In this document: positions 53,767-62,744 of the stretch, piece after piece
Layout of the letters: each line of letters opens with the position of its first letter
Numbering within the stretch: the stretch's first letter is position 1
DNA from: an archaeon
Lineage (GTDB): Archaea > Nanobdellota > Nanobdellia > Pacearchaeales > GW2011-AR1
Direction of reading: 5' to 3'
Assembly: GCA_018697295.1 (NCBI GenBank)
Contig: JABHTJ010000001.1
Span: forward strand, 66,305-130,304
Length of the DNA: 64,000 bases
Made by a program: the position numbers and the translations under genes
The notes under the pieces: generated by a model
Seen by the model: the letters and a program-made list of their open reading frames with translations, nothing else
What the model was told of the DNA's origin: nothing
The model's database searches: none

Positions 53767-55464
53767 ATGGAAACAAAAAACACAATTTTGAGTTTTGCAA
53801 TTTTTACAGTTTTACTTTTAAGCATTGGATTTATTGCAGCAACTGTTGAAAATGTTACTATGTCGGTTACTCAAGATTTACCAAGCGAAGTAGTTAATGG
53901 TGAAGATTATGATGTGATCGTATTTGTTGAAAATAATAATGGTTCAGAGATTGAACTAAAGTGGTTAGATGACTCTACAAATGATGCTAAGGCTTCATGG
54001 ACAATTCTCCCAACTAATGGAAGTACAATTCTTACTGGAGCAAATGATTCTTTTACTGCAACACTTACAATTAATTCAGTTTTTACTGGTTCTCTTGATA
54101 AAATACTAATGGCAGAAGTATATGATGCAGGTACATTAATTGGAGAAATCGAAGTAAGCTTTACAGCAAACTATGAAGTAACTGAAGAAACATTCTGTTC
54201 AGCTGAAGAAGTAGGAAGTCTAAGAATTGAGGATTTTAATATTAATAATAATGGTGAAGGTGATGATGAAGAATGGGAACCTTTGGACGAAATCGAAATC
54301 GAAGTAGAAATCGAAAATACTCATAGCACAGAAGATGTTAGAGATGTTCTTGTTCAAATTATGATTTTAGATAGTGATGGAAATGACATTACCAATGATT
54401 TTGACATCGATGATGAAGAAATTGATTTAGGAAGAATCCGAGATGACGATTCTGAAATCGCAACATTTGTAATTGACGAAATTCCAGCAGATATTGAAGA
54501 TGGAACTTACCGAATTTATATTAAAGCATTCTCAGAAAATCATGAAGACAGCGAATGTGTTTCTTTATCAAATGATTTTGATAACGGCGCAAATATCGAT
54601 AATTATCATGAAGTAGAAATTTCTCGAGAAGAAGATGAAGGAGTTATTGTAAAGAGTTCTGATCTAGAGGACATAATCACTACAACTTGTGGAGCACAAG
54701 TAAGTTTAAACTTTCCCGTATACAATATAGGAATTGATAAAGAAGAAAATGTTTTAGTAAGTATTTACAATCATGATTTAAACATTTTAGAATCTGTTTC
54801 AATTGGAAGTATTAAAGAAGGAAAGAAAAAGACTGCAACGTTAATTTTTGAAATTCCAGAAAAAGCAACAAAGAACAACTACAAATTAAGTGTAGTTAAC
54901 TATTACTTATACGATGATGATAAAGATAGCGAAGAATTAAACTATCTTCACTATGATGCAAACTCTGAAGATGACTTAGATAGAAATATGGATTTCACTC
55001 TTCAAGTAATCGGATGCTCAGCACTTGAACCAAGCGTTAATGCAGTTCTTGATTCAGAAGCTTTGGTTGGAGAAGAATTAATAATCACAACTACAATCAC
55101 AAACAATGGAGAAGAAGCAGATTATGTTCTTAGTCTTGAAGGATTAAGCTCTTGGGCAGATGTAGTAAGTGTAACTCCACAAACATTTAGTTTAGAAGAG
55201 GGAGAATCAAAAGAAGTAACTGTTGTTCTTCTTCCAAAAGCTGGCGGTTCACAAACATTCGATATTGTTACACTCTCTATGGGAGAAAAATACTCTCAAT
55301 CAGTTTCAGTAAACATTGTTGAAACAGAAGAAGAATTAAGTTTCTTTGAAGAACTTACTTCAAACTCTGCATACGCAATTATTGGAATAACGGCCATTCT
55401 GATTTTAATCCTCTTGATTTTAATCGTTAGAGTTTCAAGAAGAAGCACATCAGCAGAATTTTAA
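53767..55464 (+). CDS. Acidic cell-surface protein with CARDB/COG1361-like beta-sandwich repeats, signal peptide and C-terminal TM plus Arg-rich tail
   Basis: N-terminal ILSFAIFTVLLLSIGFIAA. Repeats of type VSLNFPVYNIGIDKEENVLVSIYN...GKKKTATLIFEIP. C-terminus TSNSAYAIIGITAILILILLILIVRVSRRS. Confidence 0.55.
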   Translation: METKNTILSFAIFTVLLLSIGFIAATVENVTMSVTQDLPSEVVNGEDYDVIVFVENNNGSEIELKWLDDSTNDAKASWTILPTNGSTILTGANDSFTATLTINSVFTGSLDKILMAEVYDAGTLIGEIEVSFTANYEVTEETFCSAEEVGSLRIEDFNINNNGEGDDEEWEPLDEIEIEVEIENTHSTEDVRDVLVQIMILDSDGNDITNDFDIDDEEIDLGRIRDDDSEIATFVIDEIPADIEDGTYRIYIKAFSENHEDSECVSLSNDFDNGANIDNYHEVEISREEDEGVIVKSSDLEDIITTTCGAQVSLNFPVYNIGIDKEENVLVSIYNHDLNILESVSIGSIKEGKKKTATLIFEIPEKATKNNYKLSVVNYYLYDDDKDSEELNYLHYDANSEDDLDRNMDFTLQVIGCSALEPSVNAVLDSEALVGEELIITTTITNNGEEADYVLSLEGLSSWADVVSVTPQTFSLEEGESKEVTVVLLPKAGGSQTFDIVTLSMGEKYSQSVSVNIVETEEELSFFEELTSNSAYAIIGITAILILILLILIVRVSRRSTSAEF

Positions 55465-55555
55465 TTATTATTTTACCTCTCAAAAATAAACTTTCTCTCA
55501 AGTTCATTTAATCTAAAGTAACAACTTTTTTAAATCATCTTTACGAGTATTCTTT

Positions 55556-56170
55556 ATGGTAAAAAATAATCCTTCTAAAAATAAAAAAATAACTTATATA
55601 AATGAAAAAATTGGAAGTAATATTTCCATAAATGGCCAAATAAAAAATCTCTTCGGACGATATCTTTTTCTAGTCCTTTTGAGCATAGGAAATCTTGCAA
55701 TCTTTTACAAAATTCTAACACCCCTAACAGTTCATACTCTTAATTTCTTTTTATCATTAACACAGAAAACGCAGGTGGTTGGGAATAGAATCCTTATGGA
55801 AGGTTTAGCAGTAGATATAATCCCTGCATGCGTGGCAGGCTCGGCATTTTATCTTTTAACAATATTGATAATGTCAATTCCAAGAATAAAATCTAGTAAA
55901 CGGGTAAAAATAATCTCAGTTTCATTTCTTGCACTCTTCATTGCAAACATCGCAAGACTAGTATTCTTGGTTAGTATAACTGATCTTGCAAATTTTGAGT
56001 TCATTCACTGGCTATTCTATAATCTTCTCTCAGTAGTCTTCGTCGTCGCAATTTGGGTTAGTATCGTGAAAATATATCGCGTAGGTGGAATTCCATTTTA
56101 TTCGGATATTAAATTTTTGCACTGTTTAAGAAATAACCAAAAAAATCCCAAGAGTTGCAAGAAGAACTAA
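55556..56170 (+). CDS. Exosortase/archaeosortase-family protein (small, about 200 aa)
   Basis: Polytopic. Candidate catalytic residues in family-typical context and order: IIPACVAGSAFY (Cys), IANIARLVFLV (Arg), FIHWLFYN (His). Immediately downstream of a protein with a tripartite C-terminal signal. Confidence 0.6.
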   Translation: MVKNNPSKNKKITYINEKIGSNISINGQIKNLFGRYLFLVLLSIGNLAIFYKILTPLTVHTLNFFLSLTQKTQVVGNRILMEGLAVDIIPACVAGSAFYLLTILIMSIPRIKSSKRVKIISVSFLALFIANIARLVFLVSITDLANFEFIHWLFYNLLSVVFVVAIWVSIVKIYRVGGIPFYSDIKFLHCLRNNQKNPKSCKKN

Positions 56171-56605
56171 TAATGATGCTACGAGCGTCCCTATTGTAAT
56201 CGCCACAAGACTTTTTCTTCGATTAAGGCCGAAACTCCAAGAAAGAATTGTTCCAGTCCAAATGCCTGTTCCAGGAAATGGAATCGAGACAAAAAGCGCA
56301 AGCAAGATATATTGGAGGTTTCCACCCGATTTTTCAATTCGTAAACCCTTTCGCCTAATTCTTAGAAGAATCGGCTCACTTGATTTTCGATATAACTTAT
56401 TCAAAAGTAATTTTTCATGAATAAAATCAAAGAAGAAGAATACAAAAAAAATAAGTGCTACGTTCAAAAAAAGAATAATGATAAAGTAAGGTGCAACCGA
56501 AACATCATTCTTCAAAGCCCATTCGACAATAACCGGACTTCCTGCCCGCAGTTCAAATATCGGCGTAATCGTCAAAAGAAAACCAATAAGTAATTGTAAA
56601 TCCAT
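56126..56605 (-). CDS. Small multidrug-export-like membrane protein (Sm_multidrug_ex/COG2426-like)
   Basis: TPIFELRAGSPV and LALFVSIPFPGTGIWTGTILS motifs. The start was moved to the ATG at 56605, which abuts the upstream stop. Confidence 0.6.
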   Translation of the reverse strand: MDLQLLIGFLLTITPIFELRAGSPVIVEWALKNDVSVAPYFIIILFLNVALIFFVFFFFDFIHEKLLLNKLYRKSSEPILLRIRRKGLRIEKSGGNLQYILLALFVSIPFPGTGIWTGTILSWSFGLNRRKSLVAITIGTLVASLLVLLATLGIFLVIS

Positions 56606-56606
56606 T

Positions 56607-57527
56607 TTATGAAGAATTAGTCGAAGAATCAGAAGAAAAATTAGCGTCAGAGACATTTTCTACTGGCTCAAAAATATCTCTTTCCATAAAGGCCCCAATA
56701 GATTCAACCATGAATGTTTCAACAGGGACGATATCATCGCAATGAGCAACCGTAATGGTGTAACAGAAAGGGTTTTCCACATCCTGGCTAATCAAAGATT
56801 CTTCTCCTTGAGCAATTTTAATAATTGTTTGATTTACAAAAGAATCACAATTAACATATTCTAAATCTGATTCATTAGAGTATTCTTCGTCATAAGTGGA
56901 TGCATTCATGTGATCCATTCCAATGCCCGAAAGTAAAAATGCCGCTAAATCTACTTGGACACGAGAAACTTCATGGCCTCGACAAAGCGTATCAACATCC
57001 TGGCTAAAAGATATATGCCCTCCTAGGGTGAAATGACCAAATTCAACATTATCAATTTTTGTATCACTTTCTCTAGGGTCGTTTCGAACATACAAGTTAT
57101 ATGTTAAATCTTCTTTAGCAATGGAAAGAAATTGTCCATGGTAAATTCCATTCTCTCCAAACTCTTCAAATGTCCAATCAACACCCTTATATTCAAATTG
57201 CTTCAAACCTTCAAGATAAAAATATGGGACTAAAAATGATGCAAAAACTACTCCAATAACAATAAAAAACCACAATAGCTGAACTTCTTCCTTTCCCATC
57301 AACTTAGAATTTTCTTTCTTGCTCAAATCTTTAGAATCAATTTTATTCTTCAAACTCTCGGTCCTTACAACCTCAAGATCATCATCTTTCTTTTCCCTAC
57401 TTTCTTCCTTTCCATCACTATCTCTAGCCTTCTCCGAAGAAGAATCAATAATCTCGTCAACTTTTTTCCATCCTTCAGCAATTTCATCAACGTTCTTTTT
57501 TTCCACCGTATTTTCTCCTTCTTCCAT
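56607..57527 (-). CDS. Membrane-anchored protein: acidic cytoplasmic N-terminus, single TM, extracellular Cys-containing domain
   Basis: TM segment LLWFFIVIGVVFASFLVPYF. No family recognised. Architecture resembles the upstream gene. Confidence 0.35.
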   Translation of the reverse strand: MEEGENTVEKKNVDEIAEGWKKVDEIIDSSSEKARDSDGKEESREKKDDDLEVVRTESLKNKIDSKDLSKKENSKLMGKEEVQLLWFFIVIGVVFASFLVPYFYLEGLKQFEYKGVDWTFEEFGENGIYHGQFLSIAKEDLTYNLYVRNDPRESDTKIDNVEFGHFTLGGHISFSQDVDTLCRGHEVSRVQVDLAAFLLSGIGMDHMNASTYDEEYSNESDLEYVNCDSFVNQTIIKIAQGEESLISQDVENPFCYTITVAHCDDIVPVETFMVESIGAFMERDIFEPVENVSDANFSSDSSTNSS

Positions 57528-57529
57528 TT

Positions 57530-58165
57530 TTAATCAATCACTCCAAGCAGTTTATATAAAAATGCATCTGCACTTCGGAGTTGATCTCCTCCCAAAAATA
57601 CGCAATTATCACTCTTTATAACTTTTGTTTCACTCAAATCAATGTTTTCATAAGGTCCTTCAACACCACTTTCATCGACGACAACAGAACCTTTTTCAAA
57701 AATTATCAAATTACTATCACAACTTTTTGTAGGTAAATCTTCTTCGCAAGAATACCCTTCAAGACAAGCTCCTTGATATTTTGAAGCGTAGCTTCCAAGA
57801 ACATTCAAAACTTCATTTCCTGCAGCTCCCCCACTACCAACAAAATATAGTGTAGAGCCAGGATAAGTATTTATATCAAATTCTCCTTCGATAACTACTT
57901 CTCCGACTTCAGAAGGCAAATAATTAAATAAAATTTCTTGTCCATTGTAATCAAGTGCCCATTGTCCCTGGTAATTTGAAAACTCATAGCCATTTTCTAA
58001 AATCGAATTATATGCTGAATCAGATTCTTCCGAGTCATCGGAACTAAGAAGTGAGAAGCCTGCCGTCGAGAGAACTAACAATCCGATCATAATAGTTCCT
58101 ACGATTAACTGATTTTTTCTCCGTTTTTTATCTTGCTCATCTTTCGTTTTTATTTTCTCAAGCAT
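57530..58165 (-). CDS. Membrane-anchored extracellular protein, unknown function
   Basis: Basic N-terminus and TM segment LIVGTIMIGLLVLSTAGFSLL. The extracellular domain has Cys pairs. Confidence 0.35.
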   Translation of the reverse strand: MLEKIKTKDEQDKKRRKNQLIVGTIMIGLLVLSTAGFSLLSSDDSEESDSAYNSILENGYEFSNYQGQWALDYNGQEILFNYLPSEVGEVVIEGEFDINTYPGSTLYFVGSGGAAGNEVLNVLGSYASKYQGACLEGYSCEEDLPTKSCDSNLIIFEKGSVVVDESGVEGPYENIDLSETKVIKSDNCVFLGGDQLRSADAFLYKLLGVID

Positions 58166-58241
58166 ATCTCTACCAAATTTTATTCCTTTAAAACAATTTC
58201 GATACTAGGAATTTTCAAACAAAAGCCTCTCGGCAAATCGT

Positions 58242-58290
58242 AAAAAAAAGAAAATTAAAAAAAAAGAAAAAAAAGGGGAATAATCCCTAT
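58242..58290 (-). terminator. Terminator candidate downstream of the S-layer gene
   Basis: On the minus strand a short GGGA/TCCC hairpin at about 58275-58288 is followed by long oligo-T tracts (TTTTTTTTCTTTTTTTTTAATTTTCTTTTTTTT). Confidence 0.5.
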
Positions 58291-58304
58291 TTTGGTTTTT
58301 GACT

Positions 58305-60914
58305 TTATGCAACTTGTAATGTAGCTTCAGTAGAAGAAGTACCTATGTACTTAGTTCCAGAATCTGTAACAACATCATTATTTAGCAAATAAGTAACAGC
58401 CTTTGTAGTATCTTCTGCGTTATAACCAGCAACTAAAGTAGCAGCGTTTCCAGAGTAAGTAGATGATTCAATTAAGAATTCACCAGCGCTTACACCAGTA
58501 GCAGCAGTAAATGCTCCTTCGCTATATGCGCCTCCTAGTAAACTAGCAGCAACAGAGTTGATAGCAGAACCACCAACAACAACTAAATTCATTCCAGCAG
58601 CGTCAGCAACGTTAGTATCCATTACAGTAATGGCACCAGCGCTAGATCCGCCAACAGTAGAATCCGCTTCACCCATATATAGTTGAGCAAAGATTTGCTC
58701 ATCTGGGAAAGAAACAGTTACTTTTTTCTGATCAGAATCGTCACCATCGACTGTAGCAAGAACACCGAATAAGTCTACGTGTTGTGAGAAATCACTATCC
58801 TTCATAGTCTTATCGTAGTGAGTAGTTGATGTAAAGTAGATATCATTATATCCATATCCATCAGTTCCACTTCCTGCAGAATTAGTCTCAGTTTCAATAA
58901 TTATTGCTTCGTAATTGCTTGCATCATCTTTTTCTTCAAAGATAATCAAACCAGGACTTGCAACATTTGCGCCTGTAGCTGTTTCTGATTGAGTTACGTA
59001 AAGCTTTGTCTGATTTACAGTTCCAGTAGAGGTCATGTTATATGTTAACTGCCCAATTGTGAAAGTTGCAAAACTTACATCAGCTCCTAAGGTTGTATTA
59101 ACGGTTGTACCGCCAATAGTCCAAAGATCGTTACTATCAGCTCCACCAGTCCAAGCGTTAGTTACAGAGGTATATCCATCCCCATCAGGGAATTTCATAG
59201 TAGTCAAATCATTTGTTCCACCATCCCATGTACTTAAACCAATTACTATTGGCTCGTAGAATGCAACAAGAGCTCCATTCTCCATTCTTATAGTTGGATA
59301 AAAGATTCCTGTATTTGCATCAGCTGAGTCTCCAGTAGGATACTTGAAAGTAACGGCAAGTTCTTCTTCAGTAGTAGATCCTCCTGCCATTGTAACAGTA
59401 TAAGATTTACCATCGATAGAAATTGTACCTGTACCTTCAGCAGTAAATGTAGCTTCATAGTTATCTCCACTAAATACATCAGTTAACTTAACCTTATCTT
59501 TAGTATAGTCCGTATTTGAACTATTTGTTAAAGTTGTAAGTTCTAATAAGTGTCCATATTCTTCATTTCCAAGAACAATGAACCGATCACTAGTTGAACC
59601 AGTAACAGTAGACATATTTGCCATCTCATGAACACCAATAGTTTCATTGTTAGTATTTCCTAAGAATCTTTGATTACTGTTATTGTAAGCAAAATCAATT
59701 GTCTTTTCAACACCAGAATCCTCAGTCATAGTAACTTGAACTCCTTTATCTCCTGAAGATTGCAAAGTTAACATACTTCGATCATCAGAATCTAATGGAA
59801 TATTCATGCCAGCAAAATCCATCTTAAAACTTCCAAAGACAGGGTCAACGAAAGATCCTCCTGCAAGAATTGCATCATTATTAGAGTCAGGTCGGAAAAC
59901 TTCAACAGTTATCTTTGTAACTGCGCCTGTTCCTCCAGTAATGTGGACTTTTGTCCCATCAATATTGTCATCGTCAGAACCTTCTGTAACAGCTTGTCCG
60001 TTTGTAAACGTAAGTTTGTTAGAACCAACAAGAATTGTTGCAGTAACAGTATCTAAAGCTGTAGATTCGGTAACCGATTTTACAGCAACATCAATACCAT
60101 TAATTTTCTTAGATGCACCTTCAGTAACTTCCTTACTTTCACCATTAACGGCAATAGTAGCAGTAGTACTTGTTCCAGTAACTAATTCGACATTATAAGA
60201 AACGTCATCAATAATTACTGTTGTAGTTGGGTGAGCGTTAGCTCCTCCAGCAACTAAATTAACTTCGGATGCAGATGAGAATAATACTAGGTCAGTAGTG
60301 TCTGTAGCGGTACTTACAACAAAATTCCTTCCAAATAATTGAATATTTTCTCCCTCTGAATCAGCGTGAGTAAAATTAATTGCCTTACTTGTAAAAGAAA
60401 CATTATATAATGCTTGTGTTGAAGAACCTAGACTTAAACCAATTACGGGCTCATCACTACTACTTGGTTGTCTTTCAAAGATAACTTTGTTAGAACCCCC
60501 AGTTCCTGCAGCAGCACCTCCAAGAATTGTAATTGTAGATGTTAATTTAGCATCGACATTTCCAGAGAAGGTTGCATCTCCAAGAACAACTGGTAAATCT
60601 GTCTTAGTCAAAATAGACTTAGCAGTATTAATAGATGTGTTCAAAAAAATCCTAGTTGAACTAGAATCTAAAGAAACAACATCTCCAGAAGTTTCAGTAA
60701 CAGTTCCTGATGAACCAGCAGCATTTGCATCTAAGTTAGATACAATTAATGCAGTAGCATCAAAATCTGAGGGAGCAGCGTTAGCACCGTAAACAACAGC
60801 TGTATTACTTGTGTATGGGCTTGGGTAAGAGGCAGCAGCAGCAATAGCTACTGTAAATCCGGCCAAAACACCACACGCTAGAACAGTTGTAGCTTTTTTA
60901 AATATTTTTTTCAT
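58305..60914 (-). CDS. Large secreted T/S/G/A-rich protein, S-layer protein candidate
   Basis: Signal peptide KKATTVLACGVLAGFTVAIAAAAS. 869 aa, beta-rich, low-charge composition. C-terminal NLVVVGGSAINSVAA segment. Strong SD, own promoter and terminator. Composition differs visibly from neighbours. Confidence 0.55.
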   Translation of the reverse strand: MKKIFKKATTVLACGVLAGFTVAIAAAASYPSPYTSNTAVVYGANAAPSDFDATALIVSNLDANAAGSSGTVTETSGDVVSLDSSSTRIFLNTSINTAKSILTKTDLPVVLGDATFSGNVDAKLTSTITILGGAAAGTGGSNKVIFERQPSSSDEPVIGLSLGSSTQALYNVSFTSKAINFTHADSEGENIQLFGRNFVVSTATDTTDLVLFSSASEVNLVAGGANAHPTTTVIIDDVSYNVELVTGTSTTATIAVNGESKEVTEGASKKINGIDVAVKSVTESTALDTVTATILVGSNKLTFTNGQAVTEGSDDDNIDGTKVHITGGTGAVTKITVEVFRPDSNNDAILAGGSFVDPVFGSFKMDFAGMNIPLDSDDRSMLTLQSSGDKGVQVTMTEDSGVEKTIDFAYNNSNQRFLGNTNNETIGVHEMANMSTVTGSTSDRFIVLGNEEYGHLLELTTLTNSSNTDYTKDKVKLTDVFSGDNYEATFTAEGTGTISIDGKSYTVTMAGGSTTEEELAVTFKYPTGDSADANTGIFYPTIRMENGALVAFYEPIVIGLSTWDGGTNDLTTMKFPDGDGYTSVTNAWTGGADSNDLWTIGGTTVNTTLGADVSFATFTIGQLTYNMTSTGTVNQTKLYVTQSETATGANVASPGLIIFEEKDDASNYEAIIIETETNSAGSGTDGYGYNDIYFTSTTHYDKTMKDSDFSQHVDLFGVLATVDGDDSDQKKVTVSFPDEQIFAQLYMGEADSTVGGSSAGAITVMDTNVADAAGMNLVVVGGSAINSVAASLLGGAYSEGAFTAATGVSAGEFLIESSTYSGNAATLVAGYNAEDTTKAVTYLLNNDVVTDSGTKYIGTSSTEATLQVA

Positions 60915-61129
60915 TATTTTATTAAACCTCCTTTCAGTACCATTAGTTTAGCCGCCACAGTCGTGGCTCCGGACAATTCCAGATTCAACAATTTCTAATA
61001 GTCTGGCAGGTATCTCATAACTAGGGAGTGTTACAAGTCGTAATCCCTATTTCCGAATAATCGTTTGATTATTTCGAAGCATTATTGTAAACAATAACAC
61101 AATAACATAATATTTTTTTTGTTTATAAA
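60915..61129 (-). promoter_or_regulatory. Promoter plus ~180-nt structured 5' leader of the S-layer candidate
   Basis: Minus strand GGGGCAAACTTTATAAACAAAA (TATA at 61122-61129). Four hairpins: 60954-60967, 60979-61006, 61022-61049 and 61054-61076. AGGAGGT at 60926-60932, 11 nt before the ATG. Confidence 0.4.
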
Positions 61130-61305
61130 GTTTGCCCCTTAAATTTTTGCAAAATGTCGTCGAAAAGCATCAAATTAGATAGTTTACTTATAAAGAAGGT
61201 GATGTCACTAATCAATAGATATAAAATTTCTTAAAATATTTTTAAAAGAAAAGTTTTTGATTCAAATATATGGTCTAAAATAACCCCGATCTAAAAAAGA
61301 TAAAG

Positions 61306-61313
61306 TTTATATA
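61306..61313 (+). promoter_or_regulatory. TATA box candidate for the wHTH regulator gene
   Basis: AAAGTTTATATATC lies 28-35 nt upstream of the ATG at 61341. Confidence 0.35.
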
Positions 61314-61340
61314 TCTAAATAGTTTTACCCTCTATATAAA

Positions 61341-61697
61341 ATGGCTCCAAAAAAGAAGGTAAAAACAGTCTATGTTGATCTTAATGCAAATAAAAAAACT
61401 TTTGTTGCAAAGCTTATTGGGCAAAAAAATTCGTATGATTTCTCAGATATTAAACTTTTAAGGACCCTTCTAAGTAATGAAAAAGCAAGAATTTTAATCG
61501 TAATCAAAGCAAAAAATCCTTCTTCAATTTATGGGCTTGCAAAAATTTTGAAGAGAGATTTCAAATCAGTTAGAGAAGATATAAAAGTTTTGGAACGGTT
61601 TGGATTTCTTGATTTTATTGAAGAAAAAACGGGAAAACGAATCTCTCATCGTCCAGTATTAACAATTGATAAGCTAAACATTGAAATTAATATCTAA
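61341..61697 (+). CDS. Winged-helix transcriptional regulator (COG4190/ArsR-MarR-like)
   Basis: LLSNEKARILIVIKAKNPSSIYGLAKILKRDFKSVREDIKVLERFGFLDFIEE. Confidence 0.6.
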   Translation: MAPKKKVKTVYVDLNANKKTFVAKLIGQKNSYDFSDIKLLRTLLSNEKARILIVIKAKNPSSIYGLAKILKRDFKSVREDIKVLERFGFLDFIEEKTGKRISHRPVLTIDKLNIEINI

Positions 61698-62239
61698 AGA
61701 TTCTTACAAAGGCTGAGTCGAATAACTAGGTTCTCAGATCCAGAAATAATTGTCTTTTGTGCCGAAGTTATAACTCCATTACATTCTCCTTCCAAAATTC
61801 TCATGAGACCTTCCTCTCCATCTTCTTCTTTTACAACAAAGTCAAGTTGATAAGCGCTAATAGTTGCCTCAGTTTTAATAAGCGTCTCTAAGAATGCTTG
61901 CAATTCTCGATCCAAGTAATCGCACGAAGATTCGTTAAGATTGGAACAAGTCTTATCTTGATAACAACTCTTAAACAAGGACTCATAATCATCATAGTCT
62001 GGAACAAAGCTCGGAGCACATTCAGTTGTATGTTTCATAATCGATTCCAGAAGATTTCCTACAGCAACACTATTCTCCTCAACTGGCGTCTCTCGAATAG
62101 AAACCAACAAAAAAACCATAAGACCAATCACTACAAGAACAACTATCAAAACAAATCCTACAATTTCTTGTTGTCCTTTCTTTTTTGCCTCCGAGATTTC
62201 GGGGCACACCGAGCGGAACAATAATTTTTCCCTATTCAT
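61694..62239 (-). CDS. Pilin-like protein with class III (type IV prepilin-like) signal peptide
   Basis: KKKG-QQEIVGFVLIVVLVVIGLMVFLLV: basic residues, then Gly-Gln, then a ~22-aa hydrophobic helix. Cys-containing extracellular domain. Confidence 0.45.
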   Translation of the reverse strand: MNREKLLFRSVCPEISEAKKKGQQEIVGFVLIVVLVVIGLMVFLLVSIRETPVEENSVAVGNLLESIMKHTTECAPSFVPDYDDYESLFKSCYQDKTCSNLNESSCDYLDRELQAFLETLIKTEATISAYQLDFVVKEEDGEEGLMRILEGECNGVITSAQKTIISGSENLVIRLSLCKNL

Positions 62240-62744
62240 CTTGTATGTTCACTCCTACAACTAATTTACCAACTTCACAGTCATCATAAACATATCCTGC
62301 ATAAGTAACAGTCTCACAAAGAGAGATAAATGTAGAAACCTCTTTTTTATTTGACTGGCCATTATCATAGATTTCATAATAATTGCATCCAATTCCTGGA
62401 CATAAAATTTCGTTTTCAAATTCAGTACTTACTCGATATATCTTAATCGATGCGACCGGCCAAAAATCATCATAATCAAAGGTTTCTCCAGAAAGAATTC
62501 TTAACTTATCATTATCGAGGCATAATGCGGTTGAAGAATCACAATTAAGTTCAGGCATATTCGCAATAACTTCTAAAGATTCGATGGCCTGTTCTTGTTC
62601 CAAACGCGCAGCAGTTTCAGTGATATTTCCTAGCTGAACTCGAATAATGAAAAGTCCGACAAGCATAAAAAAGAAAAAAACTGCAACAAGCATAAAAGCC
62701 ATCTGCTGAATTTTCATCTGACCATTATTTTTAAGATTCACCAT
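62232..62744 (-). CDS. Pilin-like protein with class III signal peptide
   Basis: NLKNNG-QMKIQQMAFMLVAVFFFFMLVGLFII. Overlaps neighbours by 7-8 nt. Confidence 0.45.
   Translation of the reverse strand: MVNLKNNGQMKIQQMAFMLVAVFFFFMLVGLFIIRVQLGNITETAARLEQEQAIESLEVIANMPELNCDSSTALCLDNDKLRILSGETFDYDDFWPVASIKIYRVSTEFENEILCPGIGCNYYEIYDNGQSNKKEVSTFISLCETVTYAGYVYDDCEVGKLVVGVNIQDE

Noticed and set aside
58241-58275. Long A-rich tract (plus strand) that could be read as a low-complexity repeat or insertion scar
   Set aside because: On the coding (minus) strand it forms oligo-T runs right after the S-layer gene stop and a small hairpin, so a transcription terminator explains it best.
59035-60792. Several plus-strand and alternate-frame ORFs (74-130 aa) inside the S-layer candidate gene
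   Set aside because: The 869-aa minus-strand frame is continuous and has a signal peptide, SD, promoter and terminator. The opposite-strand ORFs reflect its biased T/S/A/G codon content.
60950-61080. Relatively GC-rich hairpin-dense stretch, considered as a stand-alone ncRNA gene
   Set aside because: It has no C/D-box, H/ACA, SRP, RNase P or tRNA features. Its position between the only good TATA and the SD of the S-layer gene fits a 5' leader better.
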